Assembly (NCBI GenBank): GCA_020441905.1
Contig: JAGRLG010000072.1
Location: 10,973 to 74,972 of the forward strand
DNA: 64,000 nt
Reading direction: 5' to 3'
Origin: Rhodobiaceae bacterium
GTDB lineage: Bacteria > Pseudomonadota > Alphaproteobacteria > Rhizobiales > NORP267
Shown: positions 1-8,757 of the stretch, piece after piece
Position numbering within the stretch: the first letter of the stretch is position 1
Layout: each line of letters starts with the position of its first letter
Position numbers and translations under genes: made by a program
The notes under the pieces: generated by a model
The model's input: only the letters and a program-made list of their open reading frames with translations
Database searches by the model: none
Told to the model about the DNA's origin: nothing

Positions 1-15
1 CCGGGGCCTTTTTTT

Positions 16-636
16 TCAGTTTTTCTTGCGGAAGCTGTCGAGGCTGATGACCTCGGCGTCGGCAGCGGCCATGGCCTTGCTCTTGGTGCCGGTCCCGGCC
101 TTTTCACCGCTCTTGTCGGCAGCCTGCGCGCCCGCCTTCCTGACCGGCTTTTTGTCGGCGTCCTTGTCTCCGCGCGCCGGTGCCGCGGCTGGCGGCGAGG
201 CGGCGGGACGCACAGGATCGGGCGAAAGCTGGACGGGGGACGGGGCGGCGGCCTGCGGCGCCGGCGCGCCGGCGGCATCTTCCTGCGGCTCGAACTGGAG
301 GCCGAAATGGACGCTGGGGTCGAAGAAACTCTTGATGGCGGCGAACGGTATCCTGAGATGTTCGGGCACGTTGTTGAAGGACAGCGAAACCTCGAAGGCC
401 TTGTCGGTGACCTTGAAATCCCAGAACTGGTGCTGGAGCACCACCGTCATTTCTTCCGGGTGCTGCTCCTTCAGGCGCGGCGACAGGCCGACGCCTTCGG
501 CGCGGGTGCGGAAGGTGATGAAGAAATGATGTTCGCCGGGCAGACCGCTTACCGCGACTTCGGACAGAACGTCGCGAATGACGTTGCGCAGGGCGTCCTG
601 CGCGCGCAGATCGTAGCGGATGCTGTCTTCGGCCAT
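16..636 (-). CDS. sspB: ClpXP adaptor protein SspB (alphaproteobacterial type)
   Basis: 206-aa ORF. The N-terminal ~120 aa match the SspB-alpha core as I remember it (HHFFITFRT, MTVVLQHQFWDF, FFDPSVHFGLQF). An Ala/Pro/Lys-rich disordered tail follows, ending in a short C-terminal peptide, as expected for a ClpX-tethering tail. Confidence 0.8.
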   Translation of the reverse strand: MAEDSIRYDLRAQDALRNVIRDVLSEVAVSGLPGEHHFFITFRTRAEGVGLSPRLKEQHPEEMTVVLQHQFWDFKVTDKAFEVSLSFNNVPEHLRIPFAAIKSFFDPSVHFGLQFEPQEDAAGAPAPQAAAPSPVQLSPDPVRPAASPPAAAPARGDKDADKKPVRKAGAQAADKSGEKAGTGTKSKAMAAADAEVISLDSFRKKN

Positions 637-664
637 TGTTCTCTCGCACTCTCGACCGCCGGCA

Positions 665-1008
665 AGAAGTGGAGGGCTTCTGTTGCCAGGCGCCCTCCGA
701 GCCCCGCCCAGACGGGCTAACGCCTGGGACTTCGATTTCGGTGCTTAAGCCGCGTTACGCAGCCTGGGCAACCGGAGCATAGTTGTCGTTTGCAACTATA
801 GGTTTGGCCCGATAACGGCGGAACCATGCCGAGCAAAAGCGTGCCCTTTACACCCTCGTCGATCCTATTTCGCCCCCATCAGATAGGGTCCGGCCCGATG
901 CCTTGAGCTGGAACCCGATCCCATATGGTGGAGGCGCCGGGTACCGCCCCCGGGTCCGATGGGTTTATTGCGACAGCCATTTATCGCCATAGTCGGCGTC
1001 AGCCGACG
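665..1008 (-). ncRNA. ssrA: tmRNA, two-piece / circularly permuted alphaproteobacterial type (acceptor piece, ~48-nt intervening segment, coding piece)
   Basis: Read on the minus strand. The acceptor piece ends GGAC-CCGGG-GGCGGUA-CCCGG-CGCCUCC-ACCA, with the CCA at 928..926. The coding piece starts GGGGGCG at 877..871; it is complementary to CGCCUCC with a G3:U pair and is followed by GGAUCGACGAGGG. The tag frame GCA AAC GAC AAC TAT GCT CCG GTT GCC CAG GCT GCG TAA (793..755) encodes ANDNYAPVAQAA. The stop codon lies in the loop of a GCUGCG/CGCGGC hairpin. A downstream pseudoknot pairs CCCAGGCG with CGCCUGG inside the GGAGGGC...GCCCUCC hairpin at 698..671. A CTATAT -10-like box lies at 1020..1015. 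Outer boundaries are approximate. Confidence 0.85.
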
Positions 1009-1143
1009 GCCTCAATATAGGCGCCAATGGTGAAGAAAAAAAGGTGGGCTTTGGCACAGGAATCGCATTGTCTGATGTCTCGCGGCGGCGCGGCGGCGGC
1101 GTCGCGGGCGATACACGGCGCTTGGGCGCGCCAGGGAGAATAT

Positions 1144-1989
1144 ATGACCATGACTGGCAACGGGGCGGAGGCACCCAGCGCCGACAGCGGCGGCGGGGGC
1201 GCGGGCAAGGATCCGGAAAAGCCGGCGGCGGGCCGGGGCCGCCAAGGCTGGCCGGCGCCGGCGCTGCTGCTTGCGGTGCCGATCCTTTACGGCATCGGCG
1301 CGCTGTGCGGCATGATGGCGGCCTGGGGCACGGTGGCGGTGCTGCGCGCCGGCGGGCTCATCCCCCAGCAGATGCGGCTGATGGATCTTCTGGTCGGCGA
1401 GGGCATAGAGACGGGAATTCACGGTCCCTACCATTTCGCTCTTGTCGGCGCGCTTTTTACCGCCAATGCCCTGGCGACCATGGCGCTCGTGATGGCGATC
1501 TCGCGCTGGACGATTGCCGGAGGTGCGGCGGCCGCGCTACCCTTCGCGCGGGTTCCGGCGCGGCGCCTCGCGGCGCTGGCGATCCTGCTGCCGGTCCTTC
1601 ACGGCGCCGGTTTCTTTGTCGTCTACCGGCTGACGGGACAGCAGATCCCCGCCGAGGTGGGCTTCGACATTCTCGACTGGCGGATGTGGGCCTATCCGCT
1701 CGGCATTGTCATCCTGGCGCCGCTTTCAGAGGAAATCGTATTCCGAGGCTGGCTGTTTGCCGGCCTCATGGAGCGGCTGCGCAGCCCGCTCTGGACCATC
1801 GTGCTGACCACGGCATTCTGGGCCCTCGTGCATACCGGGCAGGGTTTTGCCAAGGCGGCGGCGCTCATTCCGGTCGGCCTCGCGCTTGGGTTGATTCGCC
1901 ACCATAGCGGCTCGCTGTGGCCTTCGATTGCCGGCCATATGCTGATGAATGCGCTGGGGCTGGCCTATATGGCCTGGCTGGCTGGCTAG
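1144..1989 (+). CDS. CPBP family intramembrane glutamic endopeptidase (CAAX protease-like)
   Basis: Polytopic hydrophobic ORF with an EEIVFRGW motif and later His motifs typical of the CPBP/Abi family. The start was moved to ATG 1144, preceded by AGGGAG. The track start at 1027 would overlap the ssrA promoter region. Confidence 0.75.
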   Translation: MTMTGNGAEAPSADSGGGGAGKDPEKPAAGRGRQGWPAPALLLAVPILYGIGALCGMMAAWGTVAVLRAGGLIPQQMRLMDLLVGEGIETGIHGPYHFALVGALFTANALATMALVMAISRWTIAGGAAAALPFARVPARRLAALAILLPVLHGAGFFVVYRLTGQQIPAEVGFDILDWRMWAYPLGIVILAPLSEEIVFRGWLFAGLMERLRSPLWTIVLTTAFWALVHTGQGFAKAAALIPVGLALGLIRHHSGSLWPSIAGHMLMNALGLAYMAWLAG

Positions 1990-2023
1990 AAATCGGCGCG
2001 GAATAGGGGCAAAGTCTGAGGCG

Positions 2024-2818
2024 ATGCAGCAATATCTGGATCTGATGACGCGCGTTCTCGAAACGGGGGCGCGCAAGGACGACCGCACCGGGACCGGCAC
2101 GCTCTCGGTGTTCGGCCATCAGATGCGCTTCGATCTGGGGCAGGGATTCCCGTTGCTCACAACCAAGAAGCTGCATCTGAAATCGATCATTCACGAGCTT
2201 TTGTGGTTTCTCGCTGGCGATACCAATATCGGCTACCTGCAGAAGAACGGGGTTCGGATCTGGGACGAATGGGCCGACGAGAGGGGCGATCTGGGCCCGG
2301 TCTATGGCCATCAATGGCGCTCCTGGCCGGGGCGCGATGGCGGCACCATCGACCAGATAGCGCAAGTGATGGCGCAGATCCGCTCAAATCCGGATTCGCG
2401 CCGCCTCATCGTTACCGCCTGGAATCCGGCCGATGTCGAGCGCATGGCGCTGCCGCCGTGCCATTGCCTGTTCCAGTTCTATGTCGCCGAAGGCAAGCTG
2501 TCCTGCCAGCTCTATCAGCGCTCGGCCGATATCTTTCTCGGCGTTCCGTTCAATATCGCGTCATACGCGTTGCTGACGATGATGGTGGCGCAGGTGAGCG
2601 GGCTCAAGCCGGGAGAGTTCATCCACAGTTTTGGCGACGCGCATCTCTATTCCAACCATTTCGACCAGGCGCGCGAGCAATTGTCCCGCCGGCCCCGTCC
2701 ATTGCCGAGGATGGAGATCAACCCGGACGTTTCATCGATCTTCGACTTCCGCTTCGGCGATTTTACCTTGAGCGGCTATGAGCCCCACGCACATATCAAA
2801 GCCGAGGTGGCGGTATGA
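2024..2818 (+). CDS. thyA: thymidylate synthase
   Basis: MQQYLDLM...DRTGTGT...FGHQMRFDL...[11 protein letters not shown] (active-site Cys). 264 aa after trimming the track ORF to ATG 2024. Confidence 0.95.
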   Translation: MQQYLDLMTRVLETGARKDDRTGTGTLSVFGHQMRFDLGQGFPLLTTKKLHLKSIIHELLWFLAGDTNIGYLQKNGVRIWDEWADERGDLGPVYGHQWRSWPGRDGGTIDQIAQVMAQIRSNPDSRRLIVTAWNPADVERMALPPCHCLFQFYVAEGKLSCQLYQRSADIFLGVPFNIASYALLTMMVAQVSGLKPGEFIHSFGDAHLYSNHFDQAREQLSRRPRPLPRMEINPDVSSIFDFRFGDFTLSGYEPHAHIKAEVAV

Positions 2819-3342
2819 GCGCGAGCCTGGTGCTTGTCGTCGCCATGGCCGAAAACGGTGTGATCGGCGCCGCCGGGGCCATGCCGTGGCATATCCCTTC
2901 CGACCTGAAGCGCTTCAAGGCGCTGACTGTCGGCAAGCCGGTGATCATGGGTCGCAAGACCTGGGAAGCGATCGGCAGGCCGCTGGTCGACCGCGACAAT
3001 ATCGTCGTCACCCGGCAAGCCGGTTTTTCGCCCCAGGGCGCCATCATAGCGGGTGATATCGACCATGCGCTGATCATGGCCCAGGCGCTGGCCGAGGGGC
3101 GGGGGTGCCGCGAAATCGCGGTTATCGGCGGCGGCGAGATCTACGCCCAAACCATCGGCAAGGCCAGCCGCATTGCCATGACAATCGTCCATGGCCAGAT
3201 CGCCGGCGACACCGCTTTTCCCGAAGCGGATCCGTCGCTGTGGCAGGAAGTGTCGCGCGAGGCCTGCCCGCGCGGCGAAAAGGACAGCCACGCCACCAGT
3301 TTCGTGGTCATGGAACGGCGGGGCGCGGCGGCGCGGACATAG
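2815..3342 (+). CDS. folA: dihydrofolate reductase
   Basis: [36 protein letters not shown] motif. The start overlaps the thyA stop (ATGA), suggesting translational coupling. Confidence 0.93.
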   Translation: MSASLVLVVAMAENGVIGAAGAMPWHIPSDLKRFKALTVGKPVIMGRKTWEAIGRPLVDRDNIVVTRQAGFSPQGAIIAGDIDHALIMAQALAEGRGCREIAVIGGGEIYAQTIGKASRIAMTIVHGQIAGDTAFPEADPSLWQEVSREACPRGEKDSHATSFVVMERRGAAART

Positions 3343-3699
3343 CGCAACCCGCCCGGCCCGGCGCCGACCTGCTTTTTGCCGCCCCCCCGATATCCCAGGA
3401 TCCCAGGTTTTCGGGCAGAATTCCCGCCAAATTACGGGCAAGGAATCCCGTTATGCGGGGTTGCATAATATTCCCTGCAAGCCTGGCAAAGCGTCGCCCC
3501 CCACATTCCTCTGCGTAAGGTCGGCGAGATGGCAAATATTGATCGCGTGGAGTTTGGCTTGAAATTCGTATATTGTTATAACAATTTTGTTTATTACAGT
3601 ATTGGTGAAATTTTGTTAATTTCCTCACGCGATACTGCAACCAAGTTGATTCTCTGGCGGACCAAGGTGATTCCTTAGCAGATAAGCAGGCAGCGGCGA

Positions 3700-4803
3700 A
3701 TGGATCCATTGGACGAACTAAAGCAACTTGTATATGTCGCGCACGAACATTCGCGCGACAGCCAGCTTGAGCTGTTGTGGCGCATTACCGGCGTATTGCT
3801 GCATGATCCCGGTTCGTATTCCGATCACCAGAGGCTGTGTTTCGGCGAAATCATGGAGAAACTTGCCTATGATCTGGAGCAGGAGATACGCGCCGAACTT
3901 TCCCATATGATCGCCACCGAAGCGCTCGCACCCCACCGTCTGGTGCGCCGCCTGGCCGGAGACGAGATCTCGGTCGCGCGCCCGGTGCTGGAGCGCAGTC
4001 CGGTGTTGACCCAGGCCGATCTGGTCGAGATCGCCTCAAGCAACGGCAATCAGCATTGCCTGGCGGTGACCAAGCGCACCGATATCGGCGGCCGGCTTTC
4101 CAGCGTTCTGGTCGAGTATGGCGACCTTGAAGTGGTCGAAAGCCTGACGCGCAACACCACGGCGACGATTTCGGGCGAAACGGCGGACCGGATAGCCGAC
4201 CAGGCCAGATCGTCGCCGAGCCTTCAGACGGCGCTGATAGGGCGCGACGACATTCCCAAGGAAATCATGGTGCGCCTGCTCGACGAGGTGTCGGAGAAGA
4301 TGCGTTTCGCCGTCGAGGGCGGACTCGAAGACCAGGATGCCGAGGCGCTGGAGGCCGCGGTGGATGCGGTCCGGGCCAAGGTCGAGGAGTCTCCCGACAG
4401 CCGGGTGGAGGCTTACATCGGCAACCTGCTGCGCCAGGGGATGCTCAACGAACAGGCGGTTTTGAGATTTCTCTATGAGGACCGGCCGATGGAGTTCCTC
4501 ATCGGACTGGCGCGCCTGTGCGAGATGGATGCGGTGGCCATGGAGCATGTTCTGGCCGACGAGACGGGCCGAACGCTGATCATCGTCTGCCGTGCCAAGG
4601 ATTTCGGCATCGAGACTTTCAAGGCCATCGCGGTTTCGCGCATGTGCGCCATTTCTTCCGATCCGGCGGACCTCTATCCGCTGACCCGGATCTACAAGCA
4701 TTTCGCCAAGGAGAAGGCGCAGCGCGCCATGCGGTTCCTGCGCACGCGGGCCTATTCCGCGCGCAAGGATGTCGCCCGGGCGGCCAATGTGAGGATCCAC
4801 TGA
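3700..4803 (+). CDS. DUF2336 domain-containing protein
   Basis: 367-aa helical-repeat ORF. It resembles the alphaproteobacterial DUF2336 family (repeated VARPVLERSPVLT / DLVEIA type segments). Coding-like codon usage. Preceded by an AT-rich region. Confidence 0.6.
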   Translation: MDPLDELKQLVYVAHEHSRDSQLELLWRITGVLLHDPGSYSDHQRLCFGEIMEKLAYDLEQEIRAELSHMIATEALAPHRLVRRLAGDEISVARPVLERSPVLTQADLVEIASSNGNQHCLAVTKRTDIGGRLSSVLVEYGDLEVVESLTRNTTATISGETADRIADQARSSPSLQTALIGRDDIPKEIMVRLLDEVSEKMRFAVEGGLEDQDAEALEAAVDAVRAKVEESPDSRVEAYIGNLLRQGMLNEQAVLRFLYEDRPMEFLIGLARLCEMDAVAMEHVLADETGRTLIIVCRAKDFGIETFKAIAVSRMCAISSDPADLYPLTRIYKHFAKEKAQRAMRFLRTRAYSARKDVARAANVRIH

Positions 4804-4819
4804 AAACGTTTTACGGCGC

Positions 4820-4880
4820 CCCCCCTCTCTCTCGGTCAGGGTGCCCGGCCGCCGTCCACCCCCCGGACGGCGGCCACTTT
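4820..4880. repeat. Intergenic palindromic repeat, copy 1 (11-bp GC stem GGCCGCCGTCC/GGACGGCGGCC with a C-rich loop)
   Basis: About 55-60 nt and near-identical to 6351..6404. It sits exactly between the convergent stop codons at 4803 and 4890. Stem arms at 4847..4857 and 4865..4875. Confidence 0.8.
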
Positions 4881-4889
4881 CGTCCCCCG

Positions 4890-5489
4890 TCATGCGCCGG
4901 GGCGCTGGGCGGTGACGACGACGATCGCGGCGCAGCGCCCATTGCCGATGCGCCGGTAGCTATGGGCCTGGCCTGAGTCGAAATGAATTGTGTCGCCAGC
5001 GGCGAGGACGATTTCTTCCTCGATGATGGTAACCGCGAGTTCTCCATTCAGCAGGTGAACGATTTCCTCGCCCGGGTGGTCGTGCGGGTCGGAGCCATGG
5101 GCGCTGGCCTGGAACTCGGTGTGGAAGGCTTCCATGCGGCGGTCATTGAGGGGGAAATCCAGGCTCTCGAAGAAATAACTCGGCGCGTCCGCGCCTGGCC
5201 GGTCGGGAAAGCGCAGCCGCTCCTGGTGGCGGACAAGGGCGTAGGACGGCGAATTGCCATCGCCGACAAAGAAATGCTCAAGGCCGACGCCGAAGACGAG
5301 AGCGATGCGCAACAGCGTCGGCAACGTGGGAAAGAGCTGGCCGCGTTCGATCTTGGACAACATGGCGGGTGACAGGCCGCTGTGTTCGCCGAGTTGGACC
5401 AGACCCAGCTTCTTGCTGGTGCGCAAGGCGCGGATCTTGGGTCCGATGCGGTAGCCGGCCAGGCCCTTTTCGAGGGTTTCCGTAAGCAT
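4890..5489 (-). CDS. XRE-family HTH transcriptional regulator with C-terminal cupin domain
   Basis: N-terminal HTH (LGLVQLGEHSGLSPAMLSKIERG) and a C-terminal cupin-like beta region (GEEIVHLLNGEL...GDTIHFDSGQAHSY). The start was trimmed to ATG 5489 (MLTETLEK). Confidence 0.8.
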   Translation of the reverse strand: MLTETLEKGLAGYRIGPKIRALRTSKKLGLVQLGEHSGLSPAMLSKIERGQLFPTLPTLLRIALVFGVGLEHFFVGDGNSPSYALVRHQERLRFPDRPGADAPSYFFESLDFPLNDRRMEAFHTEFQASAHGSDPHDHPGEEIVHLLNGELAVTIIEEEIVLAAGDTIHFDSGQAHSYRRIGNGRCAAIVVVTAQRPGA

Positions 5490-5842
5490 GTCGTCACGTC
5501 CTTTTTCACTGCCGATCAAACAGCACCAATCATATTTGATTAATGAGAAAACACAATACATTGTAACGAAAATGTGAGTGGTAATAAAAAATATTTTTAC
5601 GATATGACAATCATGCAGCGACGCCAAGTAGCTCTTGGGCGCCGCAGGCAAGGGCCGCCCGCAACCCGTCAACACGGTGTCTCGTTTTTCCGGTTTGGCA
5701 GCCGGCGGTCGCGGCGGGGCGCTGTCGCGGACGGACCAGGGACAAGGCGGCGCCTCGATCGAGTTCATCAAGCCGGGCTTTCAACCCGTTTAACAGGCCG
5801 CTTCCGGCCTGGCGGGAAGGGCCCGTTACAAGGAGCAAGGTA

Positions 5843-6343
5843 ATGAAGAGAGACATGATCAAGATAGCCGCCGCCATGGTGGCCGTGATCGGGCTGGCAT
5901 TCGCGTCGACCGGTTTGCGGGCTTCGCAGAAGGATATTGTCGATACCGCCGCTGGCGCGGGCACCTTCAACACCCTTTCCGCCGCGCTCGGCGCCGCGGG
6001 TCTGGTCGACACGCTGAAAGGAGCCGGGCCGTTCACGGTATTCGCGCCGACGGACGAGGCTTTCGCCAAGCTGCCGGCGGGCACGGTCGAAGATCTGCTC
6101 AAGCCGGAAAACAAGGAAAAGCTCGTCTCCATCCTCACCTATCACGTGGTGCCGGGCAAGGTGACGGCCTCCGATGTTGTCAAGATTGCGGAAGCCAAGA
6201 CCGTCAATGGCCAGATGATCAAGGTGAAGGTCGACGGCGGCACGGTGATGATAGATGGCGCCAAGGTCACGACCGCCGACGTCATGGCGTCCAACGGTGT
6301 CATCCATGTCATTGATAGCGTGATCCTGCCGGCGTCAAACTGA
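5843..6343 (+). CDS. fasciclin (FAS1) domain-containing exported protein
   Basis: Signal peptide followed by the FAS1 signatures [16 protein letters not shown] and [13 protein letters not shown]. Confidence 0.88.
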   Translation: MKRDMIKIAAAMVAVIGLAFASTGLRASQKDIVDTAAGAGTFNTLSAALGAAGLVDTLKGAGPFTVFAPTDEAFAKLPAGTVEDLLKPENKEKLVSILTYHVVPGKVTASDVVKIAEAKTVNGQMIKVKVDGGTVMIDGAKVTTADVMASNGVIHVIDSVILPASN

Positions 6344-6350
6344 CGGCTGT

Positions 6351-6404
6351 GCCCCCTCGGCAGGTGCCCGGCCGCCGTCCGCCCCCCCCGGACGGCGGCC
6401 ACTT
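6351..6404. repeat. Intergenic palindromic repeat, copy 2
   Basis: Same element as 4820..4880, with stem arms at 6370..6380 and 6390..6400. It lies immediately after the fasciclin stop codon. Confidence 0.8.
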
Positions 6405-6580
6405 TACTTGATGCCGCGGATCAATTGCCGCAGCGGGGAGGAATTCAGTTCGTTCGCCGCAAACTCCTTCTTGCAAAAGCCACAATGTTGGACAAAATCT
6501 CTCGCTATAGCGCCGGAGCCCGCCCCGGCGGGCAGTGAGCAGCCGGGGAGCAACCATGCGCGGGTCAGGATTGCCTGAAC

Positions 6581-7147
6581 GTGGGCGTCATTCACCAGGC
6601 CGCCGGGCTTAACGAAGCCGGCCAAGGCAGCGAATTTTCCGGCGAGGACCCCTCCAGTAGAGGCGATATCGGTATTGCGCCGGCCGGTGCCGGCGATCTT
6701 GACGCGCTTGTGCGGCTGGAAGAGCGGGCCTTTGCCGGCGACCGCCTTTCGCGGCGCTCCTTGCGCCGGTTCGCGGCAAAGAGGAACGGGCTGCTGCTGG
6801 TCGCCCGGTGCGGCGGCCAGGTCGCCGGCTATGTCCTGGTATTGATGCGCAAGGGCAGCCAGCGGGCGCGGCTTTATTCCATTGCCATAGACGGCGCCCG
6901 GCGCGGGCGCGGCATAGGCCAGGCCCTGCTCGGCGCGGGGGAACTGTCGGCGCGGCGCGCCGGTGCGGGGTCCATCTATCTGGAAGTGCGCGCCGACAAT
7001 GAAAGCGCCATTGCGCTCTATCGCAAGACCGGCTACCGCCAGTTCGCAACAATCGACGGCTATTATCACGACGGCGCCATGGCCCTGCGGCTTGAAAAGG
7101 CCCTGGCGGATGGCGCGGCGGATCGGAAAGGACGAGACCTGACATGA
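6581..7147 (+). CDS. GNAT family N-acetyltransferase (RimI-like)
   Basis: Acetyl-CoA binding motif RRGRGIGQALL and a YRKTGY segment. The only in-frame start is GTG 6581. The stop overlaps the next gene's start (ATGA). Confidence 0.75.
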   Translation: MGVIHQAAGLNEAGQGSEFSGEDPSSRGDIGIAPAGAGDLDALVRLEERAFAGDRLSRRSLRRFAAKRNGLLLVARCGGQVAGYVLVLMRKGSQRARLYSIAIDGARRGRGIGQALLGAGELSARRAGAGSIYLEVRADNESAIALYRKTGYRQFATIDGYYHDGAMALRLEKALADGAADRKGRDLT

Positions 7148-8607
7148 TGGGGTGGCTCATCCTGGTCGACAACGAGAAGGATTTCCCCAACTCGGAGACG
7201 CCGCACAAGGTGATCACGACGCGGGACTATCTCAACCGCCCGGCACTGTTTCAGGGCGCGCGGCCCAAGATCATCAACCTGGCGCGTTCCTACAGCTATC
7301 AGGGTTCGGGCTATTACTGCTCGCTGCTCGCCGAGGCGCGGCGCCACCGCGTCATCCCCACCGTCGAGACCATGCTCGAATTGTCGCGCCGCGACCTCTA
7401 TGACCACGCCGTGCCCGAACTGGAAGAGGAACTCAACAAGGCGATCGCCAAGGGCTTTTCCTTCGACAATGGCGGTGCGCGGCTGCTGATATGCTTCGGG
7501 CGCATGCGCGAGGAAAGCCTGTCCTCCTTCGGCCGCCTCGTCTTCGACTGGTTCCGGGCGCCGATCCTGGAATTGACCCTGAGCGCCGGGGAGTGGGTGC
7601 GCATCAAGCGCATCCGCGCCGTCAATTGCACCGATCTCAAGCCCGCCGAGACGCAGTTCATGCGCGAAGCGCTCGACCGCCATACCCGTACCCAGTGGCG
7701 TCAGGCCAAGGAGCGGGTGCCGTCGCGCTATTCGATCGCCCTTTTGCACGACCCGCATGAGAAGCTGCCGCCGTCCTCGCCCGACACGCTGAAATATTTC
7801 GCCCGCTTTGCCGCCAAGATGGGCGTCGAGGTGGTGCCGATCACCAGGAAGGATCTGGCCCGTCTCGCCGAGCATGACGGCTTGTTCATCCGCGAGACGA
7901 CCTCCATCGACAACCACACCTACCGCTTCGCCCGCCGCGCCGCCCAGGAAGGCATGCCGGTGATCGACGATCCGATGTCGATGATGCGTTGCACCAACAA
8001 GGTCTATCTGGCTGAACTGTTGCGCGCCAACGGGTTGCCGATCCCGGAAACCATCGTCGTCGACAGCCTGAAGGACATAGCCCGCATCGAGGAGCGGATT
8101 TCCTATCCGGTGGTGGTCAAGATACCCGACGGCTCCTTTTCGCGCGGCGTCAATAAGGCGGAAAACCGCAAGGAACTCGAAGCTTTCATCCGCGAGATGC
8201 TGGAAGATTCAGATCTCATCCTGGCCCAGGAATTCATGCCCACCAGCTTCGACTGGCGCATCGGCGTGCTCGACGGCCAGCCGCTGTTCGCCTGCCAGTA
8301 CCTGATGGCGAGGAAACACTGGCAGATCGTCAAGCACAACGACGACGGCGCGGCCGAGGAAGGCTCGGCCAAGACCTACCCGCTGGACGAGGTGTCGCCG
8401 GAGGTCGTCGATGTGGCGACGCGCGCGGCGCGGCTGATCGGGCGCGGGCTGTATGGCGTCGATCTGAAGCAGAACGAGCGCGGCGTTTTTGTCATTGAGA
8501 TCAACGACAATCCCAATCTCGACCACGGTATTGAGGACTCGGCGGGCAAGAACGAGGTGTGGCGGCGCATCGTGCAGTGGTTCATCGACGCCGTCGAACG
8601 GCGGTGA
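7144..8607 (+). CDS. RimK-family ATP-grasp ligase with N-terminal RimK-like ATPgrasp N-terminal (RLAN) domain
   Basis: 487 aa. The N-terminal ~200 aa resemble the RLAN domain (WLILVDNEKDF...SYSYQGSGYYCSLLAEARRHRVIP). The C-terminal half is an ATP-grasp fold (YPVVVKIPDGSFSRGV...GVDLKQNERGVFVIEINDNPN). Confidence 0.8.
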   Translation: MMGWLILVDNEKDFPNSETPHKVITTRDYLNRPALFQGARPKIINLARSYSYQGSGYYCSLLAEARRHRVIPTVETMLELSRRDLYDHAVPELEEELNKAIAKGFSFDNGGARLLICFGRMREESLSSFGRLVFDWFRAPILELTLSAGEWVRIKRIRAVNCTDLKPAETQFMREALDRHTRTQWRQAKERVPSRYSIALLHDPHEKLPPSSPDTLKYFARFAAKMGVEVVPITRKDLARLAEHDGLFIRETTSIDNHTYRFARRAAQEGMPVIDDPMSMMRCTNKVYLAELLRANGLPIPETIVVDSLKDIARIEERISYPVVVKIPDGSFSRGVNKAENRKELEAFIREMLEDSDLILAQEFMPTSFDWRIGVLDGQPLFACQYLMARKHWQIVKHNDDGAAEEGSAKTYPLDEVSPEVVDVATRAARLIGRGLYGVDLKQNERGVFVIEINDNPNLDHGIEDSAGKNEVWRRIVQWFIDAVERR

Positions 8608-8698
8608 GGCGGCCGCCTGATCGGGCGGGCGCGGCATGGGTGTTTTCACCGGCGTCGTCGCCGGAATGACGGAGGAGCGTAAGGCAGGCGCCGCGCTG

Positions 8699-8757
8699 CT
8701 TTCCTCTCCAAGCGCCTCCAAGCCTCTCCAATCTTTCCTCCGCTCTCCACTCCCTCT
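8699..8757 (+). repeat. CT-rich tract with 10-nt phased repeats (CCTCTCCAAG / CGCCTCCAAG / CCTCTCCAAT plus degenerate copies)
   Basis: Direct reading shows three tandem 10-mers at 8703..8732, followed by CTTTCCTCCG and CTCTCCACTC. The tract lies 35-90 nt upstream of the frmA-like start. Confidence 0.7.

Noticed and set aside
1-16. CCGGGGCC followed by a T8 run at the extreme left edge: a possible terminator of an upstream plus-strand gene, or a bidirectional terminator for sspB.
   Set aside because: The left arm of any hairpin lies outside the window, so the structure cannot be evaluated.
6404-6595. Possible 63-aa minus-strand ORF (VNDAHVQAILTRAWLL...HCGFCKKEF...LIRGIK) ending right at repeat copy 2.
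   Set aside because: It has only a GTG start and no clear SD. It would overlap head-to-head with the only available start of the GNAT gene (6581). I recognise no family. It is kept only as a remote possibility.
8699-8757. Short tandem repeats here and at 59784..59817 considered as a possible CRISPR or minisatellite.
   Set aside because: The units are 10 and 17 nt with no spacers, only 2-5 copies occur, and there are no cas genes. They are not CRISPR.
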